Source of the DNA: Pseudodesulfovibrio piezophilus C1TLV30 | GTDB taxonomy: Bacteria; Desulfobacterota; Desulfovibrionia; Desulfovibrionales; Desulfovibrionaceae | DNA length: 32,000 bases | Direction: 5' to 3' | Assembly: GCF_000341895.1 (NCBI RefSeq) | Contig: NC_020409.1 | Coordinates: 330,001 to 362,000 of the forward strand | Part shown: positions 18,454 to 31,575 of the stretch, one piece after another | How the letters are laid out: each line of letters opens with the position of its first letter | How positions within the stretch are numbered: position 1 is the stretch's first letter | The notes under the pieces: generated by a model | What the model saw: only the letters and a program-made list of their open reading frames with translations | Told to the model about the DNA's origin: nothing | Databases searched by the model: none | Translations under genes and position numbers: made by a program

Positions 18454-19521
18454 ATGGCAAAGAAAATTCGAGTTCTTATTGTAGATGATTCTGCTGTGGT
18501 CAGGCAAACTCTTGAAGATATATTGAGTTCCGATCCTGATATCGAGGTGATGGGAACAGCCTCAGATCCGTATGTCGCGGCCCAGCGGCTCAAGACAGAA
18601 GTTCCAGATGTCATAACGCTGGATATCGAAATGCCGCGTATGGACGGCCTGACTTTTTTGCAGAAGTTAATGAAGCAGAAACCTATTCCCGTCGTTATTT
18701 GTTCATCTGTTGCAGAGAAAGGTACAGGAAACGGTTTGAAAGCCCTGGAGCTTGGTGCTGTAGAAATTATCACCAAGCCCAAAATCGGGACAAAAAAATT
18801 TCTTGAAGAATCCAGCATTCGCCTCATTGACAAGGTCAAGGCCGCAGCAATGGCCAAAGCAAAACCTGCCAGTGCGATTACGCCAATCAAGATTGCACCC
18901 AAGCTTGATGCAGATGCGGTCATACCTATGGGAAAATCTCAAGCCATGGGGACAACGGAAAAGATATGTCTCGTGGGAGCCTCGACTGGGGGAACGGAAG
19001 CTCTTAAGGTGTTTCTTGAGATGCAGCCTCCAGGGTGCCCTCCTATTGGGATAGTCCAGCATATGCCTGAACATTTCACCAAAGCATTTGCAAATCGGTT
19101 GAACTCCATTTGTCAGATTACAGTGAAAGAAGCTGAAGATGGAGACCCCATGCTGCGTGGGCAGGCTTTGATCGCTCCGGGTGACAAGCATATGTTACTC
19201 AAGCGAAGTGGCTCTAAATATTATGTCGAAGTCAAGGCGGGACCACTTGTTTCCAGGCATCGGCCATCTGTTGACGTCTTATTTCGCTCGGGGGCGAGGT
19301 ATGGAGGTGGTAATGTCGTCGCCGCTATTATGACAGGAATGGGAGATGATGGTGCCAAGGGTATGAAGGAACTCTACGATGCTGGTGCATACACTATTGC
19401 TCAAGATGAAGCGACATGTGTCGTTTTCGGGATGCCACAGGAGGCTATTAAGCACGGTGGTGTACACAAGGTGATGCCACTTCAGCAAATAGCAGGCGAA
19501 ATCGTCAAAAGTTGTGGCTGA
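18454..19521 (+). CDS. cheB: protein-glutamate methylesterase/glutaminase CheB
   Basis: REC domain (VLIVDDS...[11 protein letters not shown]) plus methylesterase domain ([24 protein letters not shown]). Confidence 0.95.
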   Translation: MAKKIRVLIVDDSAVVRQTLEDILSSDPDIEVMGTASDPYVAAQRLKTEVPDVITLDIEMPRMDGLTFLQKLMKQKPIPVVICSSVAEKGTGNGLKALELGAVEIITKPKIGTKKFLEESSIRLIDKVKAAAMAKAKPASAITPIKIAPKLDADAVIPMGKSQAMGTTEKICLVGASTGGTEALKVFLEMQPPGCPPIGIVQHMPEHFTKAFANRLNSICQITVKEAEDGDPMLRGQALIAPGDKHMLLKRSGSKYYVEVKAGPLVSRHRPSVDVLFRSGARYGGGNVVAAIMTGMGDDGAKGMKELYDAGAYTIAQDEATCVVFGMPQEAIKHGGVHKVMPLQQIAGEIVKSCG

Positions 19522-19568
19522 TTTTGTGAGGGAGACCTTTCTTGAGAGGCATCTATTCTGCTTTCTGG

Positions 19569-19910
19569 TCAGATTTTTTGTGAATGTCTGTACACAATGA
19601 CATGAACAGGTTCTTTCGTGATCATTCCTTCAGTGATTGATTCATCAAGAAAAGCCAGCAGTGGAGCAAGTCTGTCCGGATGATCTATGATTTCAATGAC
19701 CACGGGAAGATCTTCGGACAACCTGAGAATTTTACTGGTGTGGATACGACTATTGGCACCGAATCCTGCCAATCCACGAAAAACAGTTGCTCCTGCAAGT
19801 CCCATTTTGCGAGCCTGCTCAACAACAACATTAGCCAGTGGACGGCCTTCAATTTTATCGTCTTCGCCCGTGTAAATTCTTATGCGTTCTGCTTTTTCCA
19901 AAAGTTTCAT
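19569..19910 (-). CDS. DUF190 (PII-like) protein, CrcB-associated
   Basis: Contains RIYTGEDDK...GATVFRGLAGFGANSRIHT...DLPVVIEIID, typical of DUF190. It lies immediately downstream of crcB on the same strand. Confidence 0.85.
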   Translation of the reverse strand: MKLLEKAERIRIYTGEDDKIEGRPLANVVVEQARKMGLAGATVFRGLAGFGANSRIHTSKILRLSEDLPVVIEIIDHPDRLAPLLAFLDESITEGMITKEPVHVIVYRHSQKI

Positions 19911-19930
19911 GCCATTCCTGCCGATAGTGT

Positions 19931-20308
19931 TTAAATGAGTCTACCCAGTGCGATGCCGGTTAAAACCAGGAATAGTCCAACAAGACTTTGCCCGACGACA
20001 TTAAAGAGTGCTGTTGTTATTTGGCTCAGCTTGACCAGTTCTGCGGTTTCAAACATGTATGTTGAAAAGGTGGTAAAGGCTCCCATAAATCCAGTGAGAG
20101 CTAAAAGGCGGATCTCACTTCCCGGGAGGAGCCTGTTTTCGAAGAATCCCCATACAGTGCCGAAGAAGAGACAGCCCAGCATATTTACAGCAAAGGTTCC
20201 GGCGGGGAAACTTCCTCCTGCCAATTTTTGTGCTACACCTGAAAGCCAGTATCGAGAAAGGGTGCCAGCTGCACCACCTGCAGAAAGGAAGAGTATTTTT
20301 GTCAACAT
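19931..20308 (-). CDS. crcB: fluoride ion channel CrcB/FluC
   Basis: 125 aa with 4 TM helices. Contains GGAAGTLSRY, GTFAVNMLGCF-like and GFMGAFTTFSTY motifs. Confidence 0.92.
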   Translation of the reverse strand: MLTKILFLSAGGAAGTLSRYWLSGVAQKLAGGSFPAGTFAVNMLGCLFFGTVWGFFENRLLPGSEIRLLALTGFMGAFTTFSTYMFETAELVKLSQITTALFNVVGQSLVGLFLVLTGIALGRLI

Positions 20309-20353
20309 TTTATTATCCTTGCGCCATCATATCAATTCAATGGGAGAAAGCCA

Positions 20354-20950
20354 ATGGCACTGGAGTGTGAATTAAAATATTTGAATGTCGATTTTAAGAA
20401 GTTACGCAATGCGTTGAGAGAGCTTGGGGCTGAAAGCTCTGGGCCATATTTTGAAACAAATTTGGTTTTTGATACAAGAGAGCGGTCTTTACGGGAAAGT
20501 AATATCCTCCTGCGTCTTCGTCAAAAAAGGAGTGATGTTCTTTTAACGGTGAAACGACCACCAGAGGTTATAATCGATTCCATGTTGAAGGTTGTCGAAG
20601 AGCTTGAGACAACTGTGGATGATTTTGATTCGATGCTTGCCATCTTGGACACTCTCGGTTTTTTCATTTCTTTTTCGTATGAAAAAGTCAGAGAGAAGTG
20701 GAGATTCATGCGATGTGCAATTTGTCTGGATGAATTGCCATTTGGGTCTTTCGTTGAGATAGAAGGAGAAGAACATGATATTTTCCAAGTCTCAAAATTG
20801 CTAGGTATTCAAGATTCAAAGACTTCAAAACAGACATACCATGCCTTGAATGTAGCATATCGTAAACAGAATGGCCTGGCAGACGAGGAGAGTTTTGTCT
20901 TTACGAAAGAACAGAAAGAGGCCATCGACAAACAAATTGGGAAAGATTAG
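20354..20950 (+). CDS. CYTH-domain protein (class IV adenylate cyclase / triphosphate tunnel metalloenzyme family)
   Basis: N-terminal ExExK signature (ECELKY, 20363-20377). Later basic and acidic strand motifs (LRLRQK, VEIEGE) are consistent with the CYTH beta-barrel. Confidence 0.8.
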   Translation: MALECELKYLNVDFKKLRNALRELGAESSGPYFETNLVFDTRERSLRESNILLRLRQKRSDVLLTVKRPPEVIIDSMLKVVEELETTVDDFDSMLAILDTLGFFISFSYEKVREKWRFMRCAICLDELPFGSFVEIEGEEHDIFQVSKLLGIQDSKTSKQTYHALNVAYRKQNGLADEESFVFTKEQKEAIDKQIGKD

Positions 20951-21026
20951 CCATCGTCACTCGACAGATGGGTAAAACGAATTTATATTTGCTGATATGG
21001 ATTAAAAAGAGGACTGTTGGAGAGTA

Positions 21027-21347
21027 ATGCATATGAGCGACCCTTTTACTGGTGATCACTTAGACTCAGAGCTTCTTGATGAACGTGAGATTCAAGAACC
21101 TCGAAAATACAAGGTCTTGCTGCACAATGATGATTATACGACCATGGATTTTGTTGTTGAAGTCCTCGTCCGTGTTTTCAAAAAAAATGAAGACCAGGCC
21201 ACAGCTATAATGCTGTCCGTACACAATCAAGGGTACGGTATATGTGGAATTTACACCGCTGAGGTGGCAGAAACCAAGGTGGACCTGGTGCACAGGCTGG
21301 CAAAAAGTGCTGGCTATCCCCTCAAGTGCAGCATGGAAGGTGAATAA
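21027..21347 (+). CDS. clpS: ATP-dependent Clp protease adaptor ClpS
   Basis: YKVLLHNDDYTTMDFVVEVLVRVF...AIMLSVHNQGYGICG is the canonical ClpS core. Confidence 0.93.
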   Translation: MHMSDPFTGDHLDSELLDEREIQEPRKYKVLLHNDDYTTMDFVVEVLVRVFKKNEDQATAIMLSVHNQGYGICGIYTAEVAETKVDLVHRLAKSAGYPLKCSMEGE

Positions 21348-21350
21348 AAT

Positions 21351-23672
21351 ATGACGATGCTCAGTAAGGAATTGGAAAGTGCATTGACTTCAGCTGTCAA
21401 TGAGGTGAAGCGAAGAAATCATGAATTTCTGACACTTGAGCACCTTTTGTATGCGATTTCCGTCGAGGAACAGGGAGAGGAAATTCTCGAAGCGTGTGGA
21501 GCAGAAATGGAGAAACTCCGCGATCAACTCGGGAGATTCTTTGTCGAGAACATGGAAGCTCTTCCCAAAGGGACAGAAACAGAGGTTATCCAGACTCTGG
21601 GAGTTCGCCGGGTTTTGCAAAGAGCCGTATGGCAAAAAAAAGCTTCGGGGAAAACCGTAGTGGAAGTCGGAGATGTTCTGGCTGCCATGTTTGATGAAGA
21701 AGATTCATATGCAGTCTATTTTTTGAGAACACACGATGTCTCGCGTCTCGATATTCTTGAATTCATTTCTCACGGAATGTCTACAGGTGACGATTGGAAT
21801 GACCTCGGAGATCGAGAAGCTCATGTTCCGGGTGCGCCTTTGGACAAATCAGCTGATAAGAAAAGTCCACTTGAAGAATATACTGTCAACCTGACTGATC
21901 GGGCGGCCGAGGGACTGATTGATCCGCTCATCGGAAGAAGCGCTGAACTTGAGAGAACTGTTCAAGTGTTATCTCGTCGGCGCAAGAATAATCCGATTTT
22001 TGTTGGTGATCCGGGCGTTGGTAAGACCGCTATGGCTGAAGGTCTGGCGTTGATGATAGTTGAAGGACACGTACCGAAAGATTTTCTCAAGGCTGAGATT
22101 TATGCTCTGGATATGGGGTCATTGCTTGCAGGGACCAAATATCGGGGGGATTTTGAAGCTCGACTCAAGGGAGTCTTGGCACAGCTCAAGATTAATCGTG
22201 AAGCCATTCTTTTTGTGGATGAAATTCATACGATTGTTGGTGCTGGTTCAGTCAGCGGCGGCAGTATGGATGCATCCAATATTCTCAAACCACTGCTCCA
22301 GTCCGGCGAAATCCGATGCATAGGATCCACGACCTTTGAGGAATATAAGAATCACTTTGAAAAAGATCGTGCACTTTCCAGACGTTTTCAGAAAATAGAA
22401 ATAAGTGAACCTTCGGTTGAAGAGACAGTGGCAATACTTAAGGGGTTGCAACCGCACTACGAAGAGTTCCATGGAGTCAATTATACTCACTTTTCGTTGA
22501 AAGCCGCGGCAGAATTGGCAGAACGTCATATCATGGACAGACATCTGCCAGACAAGGCTATTGATGTCATGGATGAAGCTGGTGCTCTGTATAAATTGTC
22601 TGGTCGTTCCCGCAAAGGGGATAGGATAAAAGTTTCCGACATTGAAAAAGTCGTTGCGCGTATAGCTCGAATTCCTGCTCGTCGTTTAACTGTATCCGAT
22701 AAGGTTCGCCTTAAAAGCCTGCAGGACGATTTGAAGGCTGTTGTTTTCGGTCAGGATGAAGCGGTTATGGCTTTGTCAAAATCCATCAAACGCTCTCGGG
22801 CTGGGATGAAACAGATAGGGCGTCCTGTGGGGAGTTTTCTGTTAACCGGGCCGACTGGAGTGGGAAAAACAGAGCTTGCTCGCCAACTGGCGCAGGTGCT
22901 TGGTATCGGTTTTTTACGGTTTGACATGAGTGAGTATATGGAGAAGCACGCAGTAGCACGTCTTATTGGTGCCCCTCCCGGATATGTCGGGTTTGATCAG
23001 GGAGGTCTGCTCACGGAAGGAGTTCGTAAGAAACCCCATTGTGTTGTCCTTTTTGATGAGATCGAGAAAGCACATCCTGATGTTTTCAATATTCTCCTTC
23101 AGGTTATGGATTATGCAACGTTGACAGATAATAATGGGCGAAAGGCAGATTTTCGTCATGTTATATTGCTCATGACCTCAAATGCAGGTGCTCGAGAAAT
23201 GTCGAAAGGAGCTATAGGGTTCACTCGAAATCAGGATTCGGACCGTACAGGAGATGCCCTGAAGGCTTTGGAAAAGCTCTTTAGTCCTGAATTTAGGAAT
23301 CGTCTTGACTCCATAATTACCTTTAAGGCCCTTGAGCAACCGGTTATGGAACTGATTGTTGATAAATTCATAAAGGAACTTAATGATCAATTGCAGGACA
23401 GACGTGTGGTTGTGACACTGACAGATAAAGCGAGAACCCGTTTTGCCGAGCTTGGTTATGATACGACTATGGGGGCAAGGCCTATGGGACGGGTTATTCA
23501 AACGGAAATCAAGGATATTATTGCAGATGAACTACTCTTTGGTGAATTGACCAAAGGAGGAGTCGTAACAGTTGATTGCGTTGAGAAATCGAAAAAGAGA
23601 AGGGCCGCTTCGTTTGTTGGGGAATCTGGAGAATTTAGCTTCGCTTTTGAAGCTACTCCCAAAAAACAATAG
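21351..23672 (+). CDS. clpA: ATP-dependent Clp protease ATP-binding subunit ClpA
   Basis: Clp N-domain and two AAA+ modules ([18 protein letters not shown]). ClpA length, with no middle coiled-coil domain of ClpB size. It follows clpS by 3 nt. Confidence 0.95.
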   Translation: MTMLSKELESALTSAVNEVKRRNHEFLTLEHLLYAISVEEQGEEILEACGAEMEKLRDQLGRFFVENMEALPKGTETEVIQTLGVRRVLQRAVWQKKASGKTVVEVGDVLAAMFDEEDSYAVYFLRTHDVSRLDILEFISHGMSTGDDWNDLGDREAHVPGAPLDKSADKKSPLEEYTVNLTDRAAEGLIDPLIGRSAELERTVQVLSRRRKNNPIFVGDPGVGKTAMAEGLALMIVEGHVPKDFLKAEIYALDMGSLLAGTKYRGDFEARLKGVLAQLKINREAILFVDEIHTIVGAGSVSGGSMDASNILKPLLQSGEIRCIGSTTFEEYKNHFEKDRALSRRFQKIEISEPSVEETVAILKGLQPHYEEFHGVNYTHFSLKAAAELAERHIMDRHLPDKAIDVMDEAGALYKLSGRSRKGDRIKVSDIEKVVARIARIPARRLTVSDKVRLKSLQDDLKAVVFGQDEAVMALSKSIKRSRAGMKQIGRPVGSFLLTGPTGVGKTELARQLAQVLGIGFLRFDMSEYMEKHAVARLIGAPPGYVGFDQGGLLTEGVRKKPHCVVLFDEIEKAHPDVFNILLQVMDYATLTDNNGRKADFRHVILLMTSNAGAREMSKGAIGFTRNQDSDRTGDALKALEKLFSPEFRNRLDSIITFKALEQPVMELIVDKFIKELNDQLQDRRVVVTLTDKARTRFAELGYDTTMGARPMGRVIQTEIKDIIADELLFGELTKGGVVTVDCVEKSKKRRAASFVGESGEFSFAFEATPKKQ

Positions 23673-23691
23673 TGATTCACATCAGTCGTCC

Positions 23692-23727
23692 GGCTCGGAA
23701 CGCCTGTCGTTTCGAGCCGTTTTTTTA
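23692..23727 (+). terminator. rho-independent terminator after clpA
   Basis: Stem GGCTCGGAACG / CGTTTCGAGCC (11 bp including one G-U), loop CCTGT, then GTTTTTTTA. Confidence 0.8.
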
Positions 23728-23827
23728 TAAAATGTTGTTGGTTAAAGTATGATTCCATGAACTATCTGATCCTCTCCAGTAGTGGCCTTCTCAAGCTGGG
23801 TGAGTAGAGAGGGCTTTTAGGACCTCA

Positions 23828-24514
23828 ATGACTATCTACAGGTTATTCGATGACCCCGTTTTTCCAGATCCGGAAGATGCAGACCCTGATGGTCTGCTGG
23901 CAGTCGGAGGGGATTTATCTCCACAACGAGTACTGACAGCTTACGCAAATGGCATTTTCCCTTGGTATGCTGAGGATTCTCCGATTCTTTGGTGGTCAAC
24001 CAATCCCAGACTCATTTTGTTGCCGGAAGAACTTCATGTACCGCGGAGTTTAAAGCGAGCTCTCAATAAGAATGTCTTTAGCTTTACCCTTGATCAGGAT
24101 TTTGATGGGGTCATTCAAGGATGTGCGGCATCAAAGAGGGGAGATCAAGATGGTACATGGATCATTGAAGAAATGATTGAAGCTTATGCTCTGCTGCATG
24201 AACTGGGATATGCCCATAGTGTAGAAGCATGGCAGGATGGTTCTCTTGTTGGTGGACTTTATGGCGTTTCACTTGGTTCTGCTTTTTTTGGTGAATCGAT
24301 GTTCTTCAAAATCCCAGATGCTTCGAAAGCTTCATTTGTTGTTCTGGTCAACCAGTTAAGAGCTTGGGGCTTCACTCTGATTGATTGTCAACAGACAACA
24401 GCGCATCTTTTACGGTTTGGAGCGAGAGAGATGCAGCGATTTCGTTTTTTGGACATGCTGCATGAAGCCATGAATCAACCGACAAAGGAAGGACGCTGGG
24501 TATTTGATTCGTAA
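23828..24514 (+). CDS. aat: leucyl/phenylalanyl-tRNA--protein transferase
   Basis: Contains DGLLAVGGDLSPQRVLTAYANGIFPWY, WWS..PR and GESMF, canonical Aat motifs. Confidence 0.93.
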   Translation: MTIYRLFDDPVFPDPEDADPDGLLAVGGDLSPQRVLTAYANGIFPWYAEDSPILWWSTNPRLILLPEELHVPRSLKRALNKNVFSFTLDQDFDGVIQGCAASKRGDQDGTWIIEEMIEAYALLHELGYAHSVEAWQDGSLVGGLYGVSLGSAFFGESMFFKIPDASKASFVVLVNQLRAWGFTLIDCQQTTAHLLRFGAREMQRFRFLDMLHEAMNQPTKEGRWVFDS

Positions 24515-24521
24515 ACATCTG

Positions 24522-25028
24522 TTATTCTTTGATATCAAGCCTTATAAGATAGCTGAGCAAGTCCCGAAAGTCATTATCTGACATTTTCCAACGTGGCATG
24601 CAGTAGTCCATTTCATATCCATTGGGGCGCAGTCCTTCGTAGAGAGCCTCTTGTAGGGTTCTCATGGTATACGCAGGGTGTGAGCCGTCTTGTCGGCTGG
24701 CAAATGGGTAGCCATCTTCGACAAGATATTTAAAAGAGATGGGAGGGGTGACAACAAAACAGAAATCGGGTTGGATGCCACCAAGCCCTTGAACGCCATG
24801 GCAAGCAGCGCAGCCTCCTCCTTTATTTCTAAGCCAGTATGGACCACCATCAAAAGGTATATGCGCTCCATGGGAGTGTTTCCCATGTAAGAAAATTGAT
24901 TCACCATTGGCTGTCGTCGCTTCTGCAAGGATCTTTTTTTTGTCGATGTTTTTTTCGTTTCCATAAGCTGTTAACGGTAAAAGCAGGGAAGTTAATAAGA
25001 CCAGGGCACACAGGTAGCGAATAATCAT
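24522..25028 (-). CDS. periplasmic monoheme c-type cytochrome (class I-like)
   Basis: Signal peptide (LLTSLLLPLTAYG/NEK). Single CXXCH (CAACH, rc of 24798-24812). A distal MPRW could supply the axial Met. Confidence 0.8.
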   Translation of the reverse strand: MIIRYLCALVLLTSLLLPLTAYGNEKNIDKKKILAEATTANGESIFLHGKHSHGAHIPFDGGPYWLRNKGGGCAACHGVQGLGGIQPDFCFVVTPPISFKYLVEDGYPFASRQDGSHPAYTMRTLQEALYEGLRPNGYEMDYCMPRWKMSDNDFRDLLSYLIRLDIKE

Positions 25029-25050
25029 GGTTTACCTTTGTGTTATTCTT

Positions 25051-25524
25051 TTATTCTTCGATAAGGGGCGGGTGTTTGCTGAGATCATATAATCCCTTGA
25101 GTGGAATATTGAGTGGATAACTTGGAATTTTTTTGAACTCTATAACCCCGAGATTTTTATTCGGAACAGCTTGCGACAGCCCCATAAGTCCGTCTGGGAC
25201 AGGGAAGGATAGGGGGGTGGAGTGAATAGCTGTAAGCCTTGTGGAATACTGTTCTTTCAGATAGTTTATAATACGGTTCCGTTCATCAAGAGTGAATGAT
25301 TCCATAACAACATTTCGACTACTCTTCGAAACTGGAATGTCTGTTTTTGGAGTGTATAGCGTGTGAGACCAATCAATGCTCTCCTCCATGGAAGCGCTCC
25401 AACTGGACCGGAAGAGGTGGACCTCGACATTTCGCCGTCCTTTGAAACTTCGGATGACCATGGAAATGGAATGAGCGTAGGGGGCCAGAGGTTTTGAGTT
25501 CGGTTCTGTAATGGTTATTTTCAT
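25051..25524 (-). CDS. hypothetical protein (157 aa, no Cys, no signal peptide)
   Basis: The ATG at 25524 follows GGAGG (rc of 25531-25535) at 6-nt spacing. The track start 25593 is an unsupported extension that would overlap uvrB. It sits 22 nt upstream of the cytochrome c gene on the same strand. Confidence 0.6.
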   Translation of the reverse strand: MKITITEPNSKPLAPYAHSISMVIRSFKGRRNVEVHLFRSSWSASMEESIDWSHTLYTPKTDIPVSKSSRNVVMESFTLDERNRIINYLKEQYSTRLTAIHSTPLSFPVPDGLMGLSQAVPNKNLGVIEFKKIPSYPLNIPLKGLYDLSKHPPLIEE

Positions 25525-25607
25525 TTGGTTCCTCCAAGCTGTCATTATTACAGTATATAGTTGTTTATAACGTTTTTCAATTGAATTCCACAACTCAGCA
25601 GAAATTT

Positions 25608-27611
25608 ATGCCAGACTTCAAGCTTGTTAGTGAATTTTCTCCAAAGGGAGATCAGCCAGAGGCCATTCATCAATTGGTAGAGAATTTGAAAGCAGGGGTG
25701 AGGGATCAGGTCTTGCTTGGTGCGACAGGTACCGGAAAGACTTTCACCATGGCCAATATTGTTGCTGAATTAAATCGACCTGCTCTTGTGCTTGCACCAA
25801 ACAAAACTTTGGCGGCACAGCTTTACACGGAATTCAGAGGGCTTTTTCCTGATAATGCAGTCGAGTATTTTGTCAGCTATTATGACTATTACCAACCAGA
25901 AGCCTACCTTCCTCATTCAGATGTATACATTGAGAAAGACTCCTCCATCAATGACAACATAGATAAATTGCGCCATGCCGCGACCCACGCGCTTCTGACT
26001 CGTCAGGACGTCCTTCTTGTTGCTTCTGTTTCCTGTATATACGGGCTTGGTTCCCCTGATTATTATGCAAAAATGGTCATTCCTATTGAGGAAGGGCAAT
26101 CTATGCCCATGGAGACTCTTTTGAGTCGTTTGGTTGAAATTCATTACGAACGAAATGATTATGATTTCCACCGTGGAACATTTCGGGTGAGGGGGGATGT
26201 TGTCGAGATAATCCCAGCGTATAGCCGAGAGAAGGCAATACGAATGGAGTTTTTTGGGGATGAGATTGACTCTATTACCGAGACAGATCCTCTGACCGGT
26301 GAGGTGAAGGACCATCTTCGTAAGACAGTCATATATCCGGGCAGCCATTTTGTTTCCGATCGTGAGAATCTTGATCGCGCAGTGCAGGATATACGAAACG
26401 AATTACAGACCCGTCTGGCAGAGATGAAGCAAGCCAATAAGTTGGTCGAGGCCCAACGGTTGGAACAGCGTTCGATGTATGATCTGGAGATCATCGAAGA
26501 GTTGGGGTACTGCAATGGTATCGAAAATTATTCCCGGCATCTGGACGGACGAACCGTCGGGCAGCCTCCTTCAACCTTGCTGGATTATTTTCCTGAAGAT
26601 TTTATTCTTTTCGTTGATGAGTCACATATTGCGCTTCCTCAGGTGGGCGGGATGTTTAATGGTGATCGATCGAGAAAAACGACCTTGGTTGATTTCGGCT
26701 TCAGATTGCCTTCTGCATTGGACAACAGACCTCTCAACTATGAGGAATTCCAAGATCGAATTAAACAGGCCGTTTATGTCTCTGCAACTCCGGGGCCTCT
26801 GGAAATGGATTTGGCTCAGGGACTTGTTGTTGAACAAATCATTCGTCCTACCGGATTGCTTGATCCCATCGTGGAGGTGCGAAAGGTTCAGGGACAGATT
26901 GACGACTTGTTGTCCGAGTGTAAAAAAAGACAATCAGTTAATGAACGGGTTCTTGTGACTACACTGACGAAGAGGATGGCTGAAGACCTGAATGATTATC
27001 TCAATTCCATGGGAGTGCCGACACGATATCTGCATTCAGACATTGACACCTTGGAGCGGATGGCAATTATTCAGGCTTTGAGGGCTGGAGAGTTTTGTGT
27101 CCTTGTAGGGATCAACCTTCTTAGAGAAGGACTTGATATTCCGGAAGTTTCACTGGTCTCCATACTGGATGCGGATAAAGAAGGCTTTCTGCGCTCGAAT
27201 CGTTCGCTTATCCAGACATTCGGTCGTGCGGCGCGCAATGTTGAAGGGCGCGTCATAATGTACGCGGACAAGATTACTGGTTCGATGGCTTCTGCCATGG
27301 ATGAAACGTTGCGACGTCGGGAAAAACAGCTGGATCATAATATTAAGCATGGGATTGTCCCTCAAACCATTCGGAAGAAAGTGGACAATTTGTTTGGCGA
27401 TCTGGGAAGCGGAGCATCAGAGAGTGGAAAGATGGGAATGGCTGCGGAGACTTCTGCGGATTATGGTGCAGATCCGAAGCAGTTGGAAAAAAGTATCAAG
27501 CGGCTAGAGCGTGATATGCGGGACGCCGCCAAAGAACTGGAATTCGAACGAGCAGCCGATCTTCGTGACCGTGTTGCCTTGCTTCGTGAACGTCTTTTAG
27601 AATTGGGGTAA
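25608..27611 (+). CDS. uvrB: excinuclease ABC subunit B
   Basis: [17 protein letters not shown] and Walker A GATGTGKT, helicase motifs, and a C-terminal UVR motif ([14 protein letters not shown]). The ATG at 25608 matches the usual N-terminal length; the track start 25581 is a TTG. Confidence 0.95.
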   Translation: MPDFKLVSEFSPKGDQPEAIHQLVENLKAGVRDQVLLGATGTGKTFTMANIVAELNRPALVLAPNKTLAAQLYTEFRGLFPDNAVEYFVSYYDYYQPEAYLPHSDVYIEKDSSINDNIDKLRHAATHALLTRQDVLLVASVSCIYGLGSPDYYAKMVIPIEEGQSMPMETLLSRLVEIHYERNDYDFHRGTFRVRGDVVEIIPAYSREKAIRMEFFGDEIDSITETDPLTGEVKDHLRKTVIYPGSHFVSDRENLDRAVQDIRNELQTRLAEMKQANKLVEAQRLEQRSMYDLEIIEELGYCNGIENYSRHLDGRTVGQPPSTLLDYFPEDFILFVDESHIALPQVGGMFNGDRSRKTTLVDFGFRLPSALDNRPLNYEEFQDRIKQAVYVSATPGPLEMDLAQGLVVEQIIRPTGLLDPIVEVRKVQGQIDDLLSECKKRQSVNERVLVTTLTKRMAEDLNDYLNSMGVPTRYLHSDIDTLERMAIIQALRAGEFCVLVGINLLREGLDIPEVSLVSILDADKEGFLRSNRSLIQTFGRAARNVEGRVIMYADKITGSMASAMDETLRRREKQLDHNIKHGIVPQTIRKKVDNLFGDLGSGASESGKMGMAAETSADYGADPKQLEKSIKRLERDMRDAAKELEFERAADLRDRVALLRERLLELG

Positions 27612-27614
27612 TCC

Positions 27615-30691
<3,077 letters not shown>

Positions 30692-30728
30692 TCATCTGAT
30701 TCGTAATAAAATTTCAGGAGGAGCTGTT

Positions 30729-31508
30729 ATGACAACAGATATTGTCATTCTTGGTGCAAAGGGACGTATGGGAAAAACCTTGGTCAATTTGACTCTGGCA
30801 GATGCAGAGTTGAATCTTGTCGGAGCATGTGAACGAGAAGGCAATACAGGAGGTATTGAGCATGAAGGATGCATCATGACTGACTGTCTTGAGGAGCTTC
30901 TGCCACAAGTCCCAGGGGCTGTTATAATAGATTTTACAGCTCCCGAAGCTTCTTTGGCAATGGCTCAAATTGCAGCAAAAAATGGCAACCCCGCTGTGAT
31001 TGGAACAACCGGTCTGAATTCGACCCAACAAGCTGATTTGGAAGTGTTTGCTCGGGAGGTTCCTCTTTTCTGGGCACCAAACATGTCTGTGGGAGTCAAT
31101 ACTTTGCTGAAGATTCTACCTATGCTGGTAAAGGCGCTTGGCCCAGATTATGATATGGAAATGGTTGAGACTCACCATAAAATGAAAAAGGATTCTCCAA
31201 GTGGAACAGCCCTGAAGCTGGCTCAATGCATGGCCGAGGCCCGTGGCTGGGAGTATGATGACGTCAAGAAGCATTGTCGTGACGGTATTATTGGGGAACG
31301 CCCCAAGAATGAGATAGGTGTGCAAACCTTACGAGGTGGTGATGTTGTTGGCGACCACACAGCATTTTTCTTTGGACCTGGCGAGCGTATAGAAATAACT
31401 CACAGGGCTCATTCTCGTGAAACGTTTGCATCAGGAGCGTTGAGGGCTGCAAAATGGCTGGCAAAGCAAAAAAACGGAAAGCTCTACTCCATGGCAGATA
31501 TGGTGTAA
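30729..31508 (+). CDS. dapB: 4-hydroxy-tetrahydrodipicolinate reductase
   Basis: The ATG at 30729 follows AGGAGGA. Contains [19 protein letters not shown] and E.HH..K.D.PSGTA motifs. The track start 30540 overlaps ligA and is rejected. Confidence 0.95.
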   Translation: MTTDIVILGAKGRMGKTLVNLTLADAELNLVGACEREGNTGGIEHEGCIMTDCLEELLPQVPGAVIIDFTAPEASLAMAQIAAKNGNPAVIGTTGLNSTQQADLEVFAREVPLFWAPNMSVGVNTLLKILPMLVKALGPDYDMEMVETHHKMKKDSPSGTALKLAQCMAEARGWEYDDVKKHCRDGIIGERPKNEIGVQTLRGGDVVGDHTAFFFGPGERIEITHRAHSRETFASGALRAAKWLAKQKNGKLYSMADMV

Positions 31509-31531
31509 TTCTCTTCTATGTGAGAATAAGA

Positions 31532-31569
31532 AACGGGGACTGTGTATACAAGCGGTTCCCGTTTTTTTT
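31532..31569. terminator. intrinsic terminator between convergent dapB and cls
   Basis: 9-bp stem AACGGGGAC / GTTCCCGTT (one G-U) followed by a T8 run. The 5' flank is A-rich (ATAAGAAA), so it may act in both directions. Confidence 0.7.
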
Positions 31570-31575
31570 GAAGCA

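Noticed and set aside
18429-18923. 164-aa minus-strand ORF inside cheB, and similar antisense ORFs at 3073-3507, 6875-7300, 14800-15198, 15217-15633, 16932-17375, 18703-19191, 25917-26348, 27765-28241 and 29756-30271
   Set aside because: All lie entirely within strongly supported genes on the other strand. They have low-complexity or odd composition and no start-site signals, as expected for frame shadows.
19522-19568. Possible convergent terminator between cheB and the DUF190 gene
   Set aside because: The only structure is a 5-bp stem (CCTTT/AGAGG with one G-U) with no U-tract in either direction, which is not convincing.
20300-20400. Possible fluoride riboswitch upstream of crcB
   Set aside because: The minus-strand leader (…CCATTGAATTGATATGATGGCGCAAGGATAATAAAATG) contains only a loose GATGG and lacks the paired conserved elements. 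I report it as an absence, pending a covariance-model search.
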